Both the position numbers and the translations under genes were made by a program. From NCBI GenBank assembly GCA_043228905.1, contig JBHGNT010000022.1, positions 62,001 through 126,000 of the forward strand: 64,000 bases of DNA, given 5' to 3'. The notes under the pieces were generated by a model, which was not told where the DNA came from, made no database searches, and saw only the letters and a program-made list of their open reading frames with translations. Shown here piece by piece: positions 48,241 to 60,196 of this stretch (the stretch's first letter is position 1; each line of letters opens with the position of its first letter). This stretch comes from Azolla caroliniana (taxonomy: Eukaryota; Plantae; Polypodiophyta).

Positions 48241-51197
48241 TCTCTCTTTCTTTGGTAAAAGCACACAATTATATTAATTGTATGTAAAATCTACTTGTTA
48301 CAACACTTCTTAGTCTCCTCTACCTATCCATGCTCTAATGCCACTAGAAAACCTGAATATGCATTTGAGGAGATTATCCCCACATATTATCCAGAAATTC
48401 CACATAAGAATACCTTTCAACTTCTTCAAATGGTCTCTCTCTCTCTTGGCAAGACGATTGTGCATAGAAAGAAAGAACGTTATGGAGAAAACCCTAGATA
48501 ATCATACCTTCGAGAGAGTGCAAAAAACTTGGCCAAAGGTTTTTTGGCCAAAGAATTAGACGTCGTTCTCTTCACATACTTGTCAGCTTTATATCTGGGT
48601 GGCCTCTAGTCTCTAGGGTCGAAACAACAGGATCTTGCGAAACGAGAATGTGGGTTCCTTAGGGTTAGGGTTTTCAGCAAGTGGGTTTCTCACAAAAAAC
48701 AAAGAGAAGCGTCAGCCAGGTCTGTGCTACAGGGGGGATAGGGGGAGGATTAGGGTTTGACTAGTGTAGAGAGAAAGGGGAGTGTATTGTTGGAGAGGTC
48801 ACTAGTTCAAATCCCAACACACCCAACACATTACAAAAAAAGGGCTTCTTCATAAGTTAAAATGAGAAATATCGAGATTTTGGTCCTTAAGGTTTCGTTA
48901 GTTCCATATATGCCCTTTGGATAGACTTGTCATTAACAGTATAGATAAATGACTGGACCTTCTTGGGTTGAATTTGAATTATAAAAGCGTCAAGATTAGC
49001 GCGCGGAAGTTAAAACAGACACAACGACTAGGTTGGATAGCAACAAAAAATAGAGAATCAATGGAGAACACACAAAGAATATAGTGTACTTAGGAGAGAC
49101 AGGGAGAGAGCAGAACACCAAAAACTCGATTTAAAAAATAACACTCTGTGTATAGTCAAATGGGCTCAGAGAGCACTTTTTATACAAGTTCATAAAGGAT
49201 TGACTTGAAGTACTAATAAGTACTTCAATGCTCATAACGAAGCTACTAACACTAACTCCTAGGAATATAACATCCTAGTAATCTAGGATCTTAGGCCTCT
49301 AACGGTCTATCAGCTCTTCATGGATCTGGCTCTCGATTTATTCAGCAGAACCGGCCCTCGTTGAGCTTGCTCGCTTAACACTCCCCTTCAAGCTCAACTT
49401 GAGGTTGGTCTATCGTGTTAGCATTCGCTGGTCCTTGTCTCTAGCTTATTCTGGAATCTTCATGCCTTGCTCGTGTTTCTCAACTCGTCCAATTCTGCAC
49501 ACCTCGACCTCCTCCGTCAGCTTGTCTACTCATCAAGGCCTCGTTAGCTCCCACATTGGGGCGGTATTGGAGCCCCTCGACCCGTCGAATCCTTCGTTTG
49601 AGTGTCGGCTTTGATTGCCTTCTTGTTTGCTCGGCCTTTATGTGATTCGGCTCATCTGACTCGAATTGCTCGACCGAATCGGCTACCTTTGATTCGTTCT
49701 CCTTCTTCAGGCCTTTGACGACGTCTGGCTATGTTCTGGTCCTGGCCTTTTTCTTCTGGTCGTCATTGTCCTTCTTGACTATGCCGCATTTGCCATTTCC
49801 TTCGGCTTTTCCGGATGTTTCGACTTCCTCAGTCGATTCGACTTCTTCTTCAATTCTCTTTTTCTTGACCATACCATTTTTGCTCTCCTCCTTCCCACCT
49901 GCTCCACCTGCTCTCCCCCTCAAGTGTGGCACATCGCGATATTGTAAACCAAGTATCTCTGAAAAGTGTTGCAATTTATTCGATCCGAGCGCCTTGGTGA
50001 AGATGTCGCAAACCTTCCAATTGGTTCGAACATACCACAGTTCTACTTCACCATTCAGGACCCGCTCACGCGCAAATTGATAATGCATTTCAATGTGCTT
50101 TTTGCGAGCATGGAAAATGGGGTTCTTGGCCAACTGCATGCTACTGATGTTGTCATACCAGATCGAGATCGGAGTGGGAACTCCGATCCGTAAGTCCTGT
50201 AGCAATCGCCAAAGCCAAATAGCTTCATAGGCTGCGACAGTGGTTTCACAGGTCGTGACAGTGGCTCCTCCGAGCGCCTTGGTGAAGATGTCGGCAACCT
50301 ACCGACCGGTTCGAACATACCGCAGTTCTACTTCACCATTCAGGACCCGCTTGCGCGCAAAGTGATAATGCATTTTGATGTGCTTTCTGCGAGCATGGAA
50401 AACAAGGTTCTTGGCCAGTTGCATGCTACTGATGTTGTCATACCAGATTGAGATCGGAGTGGGAACTCCGATTTGTAAGTCCTGCAGTAATCGCCAAAGC
50501 CAAATAGCTTCACAGGTCGCGACAGTGGCTCCTGTATACTGAACCTCCATGCTTGATAGGGCCACTGTTGGCCGCTTCTTGCTGCTCCACGCTACAGCTG
50601 TGCTTCCAAAAGAAAACATGAAACCTAATATAACTGACCAATTGTTCAGCTATACTGTGTCGGTACAACAATGGCTATACTGTGTCGATCCTTCATGCCG
50701 CTCAAATATCGCAATAGTTGATGTGCACACTAAAGATGCTTGATAGTCGGTCGCTGCATGAACTGACTTATCACGCCGACTGGATAACTAAGGTTAAGTA
50801 TATGAGGCTTTCGACAATTTGTCGGAACCGTTTCGCATCGCAGACCACTCCCAAGTCGAGACGAAGCTTCAGGTTTTTGTTGAGAGGAGTGGTCATCGTG
50901 ACAAATTGACAATCCGTCATGCCAAATTTGTACAACACATAATGTCATTCAAATAGCAATATGCCGTCGGGGGTGTGGATCACTTCGATCCCAAGGAATT
51001 AGTGAAGGTTCCCTAGGTCCTTCATCTTGAATGCATATGGCAACTAAGACTTTACTCATCCGATTTCAGCAAGGTCAGAACCAGTGATGACCAAGTCGTC
51101 CACGTAGAGCAATATGCACACCAGACCCTTTGGACCTTTTCGGATGAATAGGGAAGAGTCGGATTTTGAGGCCGCAAACTCCATCTTACGCAACTAG

Positions 51198-54100
51198 TGC
51201 TGTGAAGATTTCCGGCTATGGTGAGAAAACCAACTGGAATGGGCAAAGTCGGCAATGTGCACCATGTGCACATGTACATTCGAAAATGTATATAAAATAA
51301 AAAGGGAAATATTTGTCCCACATTGTAACGTCCTTCCCTCTTTGGACTATAAAAGGAAGGAGGGGTCTCTTGTTAAGGGGGTATACAACTTAGATCTAGG
51401 GTTTGGTAGTTTTCTCTTCTTCTTATTTTCCTTAGGGTTTCTACTTTGGTCTTCTTCACCCTATTTGATTTTAGGGTTACGTTTTAGGTCTTCTTCGTCG
51501 TCGTCTTGTGGGTTTTGGTTCCTTCTTCTTGAGTGGAGCTTTAGTGTTCCGTTTTGGTTTTTCTTCGTGTGAGAGTTTGGGTTTGGTTTGAGGTTTCTAC
51601 AACGGCAGCTCTTCGGCATTCTAGTGGCGGTACTTGGTGGTTTGGCTTCCTCTTCTCGATAGAGAGTGTTTCGTGTGGTGGCTAGTTCGAGAAGGGAGGG
51701 CGAAGTGGCATGGGAACACTCCACCATCTTCTGGCCATGACCAACGGTGGACGTCGTGGTCCTAATGGCCCACTTAACTCACCTTTGCCAATTCCCATTT
51801 CTTAACTCGTTGTATTTAGCCAATTATTTTGTAATAGCCACCAGATTCGTGGGTTGTAAGCCAATTTCTTGTAAAACATTTCTAACATATATATATTTGT
51901 GTATATTCCTCTTTCTTTTCAACTATTTGAGTTGAGTCAGTGTTAACGGCCAATCGTCTTACCGATCCAGGTCAATCAATCCGGAAATCAATCCAGCAGG
52001 ATACCAATCCGGATCAATCCATCCGGAGGCTGATCCGGGCCGATCCATTCGGAAACCAATCCGGACCAATCTGGTCGGGAACCGGACCGGACTGATTTGG
52101 CTGGAAATCGACGCGAGCGGAAAGCCAAAGGGCTGAGGCTCGTTGAGAGCGAGACCTCCACCATCCGACTCCCTAGTCCATGATCCCCGTGGTCCCGCCC
52201 AAGCCAACACAAACGCGCAGATAACCGTGACATATTTGGTGAACCCGACGTGAATGGGCAGCAAGGGAGGATGAAGGTGGACGAAGATGGCTTCATGGTG
52301 AAGGTAATGTCAAAGGAAATGATGGACATATGCGGATGAAGGGTGAACGAGAAACGGCTCGGAAGTCGTTGGGAGCGCGGTCGAAGGAGTCGACCATTGA
52401 ATCCGGTTTAAGCCCACGATGTTTTAAGCCCACGATGTTGGGATTAATCGAAGGAAGAAGAGTGAGGCAATGAGGTAGAAGATTTACGAGGTGGTTGTGG
52501 CCGTAGGGTCATGAAGAGGTCGAAGAGCTCTGAGAAGCTTGCGCTTCGTGGGGGCTTTGAAAGGAGTTTACCAAAGAGGCACGGGCACGAGGAATCGAAG
52601 GAACGGAGTTGGCATGAGATTGGTTATAAAGGGGTATCATCAACGAAGACCCATCGAGGCGCTACGCGGGTGCTCCTAGAGGTTGGGTCTCGCTTGCTCA
52701 ACTCTCGGGCAGAGTTGAAGATCGGTGGGGGTGAACAAAGTTCGGCGGTACTTAACATAAAGCCTTGGCGAGGGAGGTGTACGAGAGCTCGAAGTTGAAA
52801 GACCAGACCGAAAGGAAGGTTATGAAGGAGCCGACGGAGGCGAACGGAGATCGAGGAGGAAGCCACCTTCTTGACGGATGCAGAATAATGATGAGGTCGT
52901 GCGAAGGTTTGGGTTTGGTACGATGGCATCACTATGGGAGGTATGGAACAAGTCACCTTCTAACCTTGCGGAGGAGCGATGGCCAAGGATGAGGCCGATG
53001 ACTCGAGGGTTGCCAATGCTACCTCGAAGGCATTCGATGTTTCGGGGCACGAAACATCGAGTGATAAAGGAGCAAGCATGACCGAAGCTTGCGTGATTGG
53101 AGCGGATAAAGAGTGTGAAGCCTATTTTAGCTAAGGAGATATCCATGGGAACAATATCAAGATGGAAGAGTGTTGGGAATGCGACCATCTAGGTGTGGAA
53201 CAATCTCAACACTCTTCTAAAGAGAAGATCATAAGTGGATGCAAGCAAGGTAGATTGATGGCATAAGAAACAGAAAACAGAGAAACAAGACACAACAAGA
53301 ACGCCAAAGAGAGACATTGGGCACAAGATGAACTATATTTCACCAACATCAAAACTAGGTTTCAAAGTCAGTTTATATACTGACTGACTTAGGGCAACTG
53401 CCCTTCTCACTATTTACATAAATAGCCTAAACCTAGTGTGTACAGGAGGACACAATGTGAATATGTTCATTAGAGACCCGCATTCAACACTCCCCCATAA
53501 TGGGCATATAGATTGAAATTTTGTAAATCAAAATAAATGTACAATACAAATTGATACAAAGTTTTCGAACAATTTGAAAATTTCGTTCGAGTCAATTGAA
53601 CTTCGAAAGAAAGAAAGATAAAGAAAGTAAAGGGTGAACTGGCCGAGGTTGGGGAAGCTAAAGCCGAGCTTCGAACTGTCGAACTCAATTGTTCGATAAC
53701 ATCCTAAGTGCCCGACTTAATTAGGCTGATTCTTCGTTACATCCATCTTGTGCCGAAGGGATCGGAATCGATTCGCCGAAAGACACTTGGTCATCCCATC
53801 TGCGACGTTATTGGTTTTAGATATCTTCTCGAGGCCGATTTTCCCTGAAATTACACAGTCCCAAACAAAGTGATATCAAACGTCGATGTGGTCTGAGGCG
53901 TTGTGATGAACAAGATTTTTCGACAGAGCGACAACACCATGACTGTCACTGTAGACAACTAGAGCCGAGTCAGATTCGACTTGTCGAAACGTGCAAGCCA
54001 ACCGATCACGCCATAAGGCCTCTTTCGCCGCATCAGACGCAACTATGTATTTGGCCTGGGTCGTTGATGTGGTAGTGCACTCCTGAAGTTTCAATTTCCA

Positions 54101-57100
54101 CAAGATTGCTCCATTGCCGAACTTAAAGCAATATCCGGTTGTCGATTTTCGACTTTCCACATAGTCGGCAAAGCCCAAGTCGGTATAGTCGACTATGCCT
54201 GAGTTGTCGTTCGGGCCAAATAGAATGCCAAGTTGTTTTGTGCCCACTAGATATCTAAACACATGGTTTACTGGGTTCCAGTGCGATTGGCCGGGGTTGT
54301 GCATGAATCTGATGAAGACTCCTACGACGCGAGCAATGCCAGGCCGTGTCACGACCATCGCGTACATCAAGGAGCCGATTGCCAGTGCATACGGTACCGA
54401 CTTCATAATGTCCCCCTCCGAACCAGATGTTGGGCAATCTCGTTGAGACAGCCAAAGGCTACTGGGGAGCGGGGTTGAAGTAGATTTAGCCGATTGCATG
54501 TTAAAGCGTTCGAGGACACGTGTAATATAGTCGAATTGGGAATGTGTCTTGCCGGACCGAGGTCCTTCATGGCAAAGTTCAACCGCAGTTGCCGAACGAG
54601 TTTGGCAAGCTCTCTGGCTTGCCGACCGGAGATTAGTATGTCGTCCACGTAGATGATGAGGAAGATGGGTGACCCATCTCGAGCTGTTTTCATGAAGAGA
54701 CAGTGGTACTCATCGTTTTTTGAGAAGCTGAACGACTGAATGAAGTCATCAAAGTTCTTGTACCATTGCCGCGGTGCCTGTTTAAGGCCATAAAGACTCT
54801 TCCTAAGTCGGAAGACTAGGTGTTCTTGGCTGGGTGCAACAAAGCCTTTCGGCTGCTCCAGATAAATTTCCTCCTCTAGATCACCATGGAGGAATGCCGT
54901 TTTGACATCTAGCTGAATCAACCCCAAATTCTCAGCTACCACGACGCCGAGCATAAAGAGGAGGGTTGTCATTTTCACAACTGGTGAAAAAATTTCGTCG
55001 AAATCGACGCCATATTCCTGTCGAAACCTTTTCGCAACTAATCTGGCCTTGAATTTTGGGGTGGCCGAATCAGACGTCTTTTTAATTCTATAGACCTATT
55101 TGCACGAAAGAGCACGTTGATTTTTCGGTAGTTCAACGAAGTTCCAAGTTTGGTTTGCTCAAATGGAGTTCATTTCGGACTGCATTGCCAAATGTCAAGT
55201 GGCCGAATCGACAGATGCCGATGCCTCTTCATATGACATCGGTTCTTCGACGTCCATAAAGAAGATTCCAGGACAGTATCTCTCCGGGGGCTGTGGCAGT
55301 CTCTCGGATCTTCGAGGTATGACTGGACTTGTCACATCGGGTGTCGAAGTCGAATGGTCAGAAGTCGAAACATTCGGTTGTGCCAAGTCGGATGTTGCCA
55401 AGTCAGTAGTAGAGGTTTCAGCTACCCGTGAAGCCGATCTTGGGTTGTGTGCTATGCCTTCGTGAAGGGTTGGCACATTTGAAAAAATTACCCTTGGACT
55501 TCGATCGACATTTTGGCCGATTGAGGCATGGCTGACTCATTGAACATTACATCCAAACTTCGGACGATTTGTTTGTGCTCAGGGTCCTAGAGTCGGTAGT
55601 TGATTTCTCCATCTGATCCATAGCCTAGGAAAATGCATTTCTTGGACCTTGGTGCAAGTTTGCAGCGATCGTCTTTCGGTATGAGGGCGTATGCCTTGCA
55701 CCCGAAAATCCTCAACTGGCCATAATTCAGCTTGTTGCCGTTCCATAGTTCCTGGGGTATCCGAAGGTCTAGAGGCCTACTAAGCGACATATTGATTATG
55801 TATACTACCGTAAGTAGTGCCCCTGCCTAGAAGCCATCCGATAGTCCTATCCTTTCTTGAATTGTCCGATTCATCCGCTCGGCAATTCCGTTTTGCTCCG
55901 GCCTGTGGGGTGCCTTATATTCACGTCGTATGCCGTGTTGTCTGTAGAATCTAATGAATTCTTCAGATCTGAACTCTCTTGCATTATTGGTGCGAAGGCA
56001 TTTCGATTTTGGGCCGGACTGATTCTCGGCCATAGCGAGCCAATCGGAAAAAATCGTGAACACTCGATCTTTAGTTGTAATTGGGTAAGCCCACACCTTC
56101 TGAGTCGAGTTGTCAATAAAGTTCACAAAATACAAGGCACTGCTGAGAGATTGATATGGCATAGGACCACAGACGTTTGAGTGTACCAAATCAAGGGGAC
56201 TTGATTCTCTCGGTGCTGATGTCAGATGTGATGCGCCTATCTGTTTACCGTATTGGCAATGCTCATAGAACTGATGATCAGAGAAGGAGAGTTTAGGGAT
56301 GTATCCGGCTCTAGATAAATGTGTGATGCCGTCCTTGCTGAGGTGTTCGAGTCGTCCATGCCAAAGTGATGACACGGGAATGTCAACCAAGAATAAGTCA
56401 CCCTCTCTGAGTGTGACATATAACGGGTACAACGAGTGTAGTTTCAGTCCTCCAAGAAGTAGGCGGTTTCCCATTTGGAGTGTCCACCATCTTGATGAGA
56501 AGCCAACACGGATGCCGTCTTCGTCTAGTTGTCCGACTGAGATTAAAGGTCTTGAGAGATCAGGTACTTGTCGAACATTGTGTAGTACCAATGTAGAACC
56601 GAGCTCTATTGTGCCGATTCTGATAATCGGACTAAGTCAAAATGTTGGGCCGAGTATTGCTGAAATTGGGATCGATGAGGGGTCACATGAAAGGACGCAC
56701 CTGAATCCAAGAGTCATGTGCTTGATTCCTCTATCGTAAGTAGAATTTCTGATTCGACTAGGTTCTTAATGGATAATATGTTCAGGTCGCTCGATAGCAT
56801 TTCGGCCGAAGAGCTGACGTAATTGAACTCCTCATGTTGGCCACTCTTTTGATCAGCTCACTGAGCCTTTTTGTTTTTAGCCTTGAGTGCACGGCAATCG
56901 GCTTTGATGTGTCCGGGTTTCTTGCAGTAGTTGCAAACTCGATTATCCCGGAACTTGCTCCGACTTCGCTGGTTGTTGTTCGGATGCCGTGAAAAACCTC
57001 TTCCTCAGTTGTTTGATCAGTCGGTCGAACCTTGTACTACGTACGCATTATTGGCCGAATTGTTTGCAAATGTTTTCCTCCGAGTTGCTTCAGTCAGAAC

Positions 57101-59660
57101 TGCGCTTGTGATTGAGGAGTATTTAAAGGCCGTAGTCGATGCGTTGCACACGGTTGTGACGAAAGTTTCCCACGAAGGGGGGAGACTACTCATAAGCATC
57201 ATTGCTCTTAGTTCGTCCTTGATAGTCGTCCCTTGAGCCGAAATTTGGGAACTTAGGCTTTTGTACTTGTTGAGGTGTGCCTGGACCGGATTAGATTCTT
57301 TCATCTGAAGGTTATAGAGGCGCTGCATCAGATATATCTTCGTAGCGGCTACCTACTTTTCGTAGGTGTCTGAGAGTGTCTTCTATAGTTGGAAGGCAGT
57401 CGAACACAATTGCACCGTGAGTACACAAAATCCAATAGGTGCATTCGAATAGTGGCTCGGACAATTCTTTCGAGCTTCTCCCATTCAACTGGCTTGTATC
57501 CTTCTCGAGCATTTTCGTTTTTGATGGGTTCAATTTGCCTCTTGACTATTAGATAATCTTGCATCTGCTCCTTCCAGAAGTTGAAGTTTGATCCGTCAAA
57601 CTTCCTTAGACTCATCTCGGACGAGCCGGATTTTGATGCCATCTGTGTCGATTTTGGGAGGTTTTGTTCGGGGTTGGCTATGAACAATGGTTGGGTGCAG
57701 CAGATTGGCTAACCCGAATTCATTCTAGTCGATTTTGAATACAAGCTGAATCTAATTCGAAATTCAGGAGACTCGATCCGAAGTGACTACAACTGACCAG
57801 CTTAGTCGAGTTGGACCCGAGTATGTCGATTTGATTTCGAATGACGATTTTCGAGATCTTCGAACATAGAGTATGTGCCAATTATCTAGGTTGATCCTGC
57901 TTTAGGTGACTACAACAATGAAAAGAACAAATTCAGCTAACCTTTTCGAGTGTTGTCTAGCCGGATGAAGCATGAAAGGGGGTTGTTCCTGGAGCCTAGA
58001 CTACTGCGAGTGATTATGAAGAGCGATTGACTAGCTTCAGGTGACCTATTCGATTGTCATCTAATCCAATGTAGTACAACTGTTTCTCTTTGCAAAAAAC
58101 GATCTTGTGGAGGGTTGCCAACCGAGATCTTCACGGTGTACAGAAAAAGAGTTGCTCATGGAGACAAAGTAGATGGTGGCAATAGAATCGAGAACACCAA
58201 GCTCTAATGCTAGATGTTGGGAATGCGGCCGTCTAGGTGCGGAACAATCTCAACACTCTTCTAAAGTGAGGATCATAAGTGGATGCAAGCAAGGTAGATT
58301 GATGGCATCAAAAACAGAAAACAGAGAAACAAGACACAACAAGAACGCCAAAGGGAGATGTTGCGCACAAGATGAACTATATTTCAACAACATCAAAACT
58401 AGGTTAAACAAAGTCAGTTTATATACTGACTTACTTAGGGCAACTTCCCTTCTCACTATTTATATAAATAGCCTAAACCTAGTGTGTGCAAGAGGAGACA
58501 ATGTGATTACGTTCATTAGAGACCCACATTCAACAAAGAGACCAAGACCGAGTTGACGATGGGGGGTAGAGACGAGACTTCCTCCACACTCATTCTATAG
58601 ACTTCGGCAGTTCGACCGGCGTGGAATTGTAAGACCGAGGAGACAGAAGGTGGCGACGAGGAAATGAAGATCGAAGCCGATGCAATGTTTGGTGACGGGG
58701 AAAAAACGGTAAAGGCGGTAGACCGAAGTATGGGTCCTCCACAGTCGTTCCCGTGACTTAGGAGGTTGCATCCGAGAACCAATGGAAGACCTAAGAGATG
58801 GAAAGTGGCGGCGAGGATGCAGAGGTCACGTCTGATACAAGTGACGAAGGATGGTTCGATGGAGGCGGTCGACGGAAGTGCACATAATCCTCCACACTCG
58901 TTCCCAAGACTTAGGTGGTTGCGTCCGAGAACAAACAGAAGAGCTAAGAGACGGAAAGTGGCGGAGAGGAAGCAGGGGTTGAAGCCAAGGCATGTGGAGG
59001 AGAGGTAGCCAAGGGGGTGGCAACGGAAAAACGATGGAGAACCGAGCCAAGATTGGGCCAAACGTGGGCTGAAAATATCGAGATTCGAATGGCCGAGCCG
59101 GGCAAGAGTCGAATTGACCTGATCGAGGGGTCAGACGAGTCGAAATGGACAGATGTAGATGAAGGATTGTGGGTTGGTGGCCCCAAAGAGAAGGCCCGAG
59201 GGGGATCTTCCACACCTATTCTCGAGACCTCGGCAGTTTGACCGATGTGGCAATGTAAGATCGAGGAGAAGGAAGGTAGCGGTGGTAGTGGATGAAGGGA
59301 CCGAACGGCCAATCGAGGCATTGTGGAGGAAAACCGAGGCCAAGCGGGCAAAGGAAGGCAAGGGTAATCCATAGGCAAAGTAGCAATATCGGGGGCTTCG
59401 AAGGACACCGAGACGGAGAGGCAGTGTACCCGGCCGAGAGGGTACACATTGAGGCAAAGTGAGGGATGTGCGATGTGGCCAGCGTAGGGCCAAGAGACAA
59501 GCACGAGAAAGATCAATGATGATGTCTGGCACGTGGCGGTGCTGAGCCGAGGAAGGGGTCGGGTCAAGGCAAGCTCGGACGAGGGACAACGATAAGGATG
59601 AGCTTCTGGCCAAGGATAGGTTCGACCCTAGAGTCGACGGTTCAGAGCTGACAACGATTG
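51198..59660 (+). mobile_element. Second Trp-PBS gag-only family copy, 3' LTR lost (5' LTR 51198-52232)
   Basis: PBS TGGTGAACCCGACGTGA at 52237-52253 after a TATT spacer. The gag start and the internal repeats (58600, 59225) are homologous to 26934-30372. Confidence 0.82.
53171..58535 (-). mobile_element. Ty1/copia family C, full length but decayed (LTRs 53171-53489 and 58215-58535)
   Basis: TSD AAGAG on both sides, degenerate iMet PBS at 58201-58212, PPT at 53490-53496. gag KFDGSNFNFWKEQM, integrase EQNGIAERMNRT, RT IYVDD. Confidence 0.95.
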
Positions 59661-60196
59661 GCATGGGGGGATTGCTTGAGGCCATAAAGTGACTTCTTTA
59701 GTCGGCATACGGACGATTTCTTCATATCTGACTGAAAACCAAGGGTTGTACTTTAAATACCTGTTCTTCAAGGTCTCCTTGAAGAAACACGTTCTTTACA
59801 TCCATCTGGTGGAGAGGCCAACCCCTTACCGCTGCTACCGCCAACACCACATAGACCATTGTCATCTTCGCTATTGGTGCGAAGGGCTCGTCATAGTCGA
59901 TGCCGTGGGTCTGAGCATAGCCTTTGGCCACCAATTGGGCCTTATACTGGTGGATTGAACCGTGAGCGTTGTATTTCACTTTGTATACCCATGTACATCT
60001 GATTGGTTTGCACTGTCGGGGAGTGACAACCAAGTCCCATGTGTCGTTGGCATCTAGTGTTCGCATTTCTTCCTCCATGGCCGAACACCATTTTGCATCC
60101 TGCGATGCCTCTGCATAGCTCTCTGGCTCGCGGACGTCCGCCACTTTCGTCATGTACGCATAATGGTGCGCCATGTACTCAGTATATCCATACCGT

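Larger units (their letters stand above)
48980..60196 (-). mobile_element. Copia family A-related copy A4, 3' half (3' LTR 48980-49380; RT/RNase H 49381-51197 and ~59660-60196)
   Basis: PPT at 49381-49390. ORFs MAHHYAYMTKVADVREPESY, YVDD and AWSSKKRPTVALSS are colinear with A2. Interrupted at 51198 and 60197. Confidence 0.9.

Noticed and set aside
48870-48925. Mutator/MITE-like terminal motif (TTTTGGTCCT...ATATGCCCT)
   Set aside because: No partner inverted repeat or TSD found in the window.
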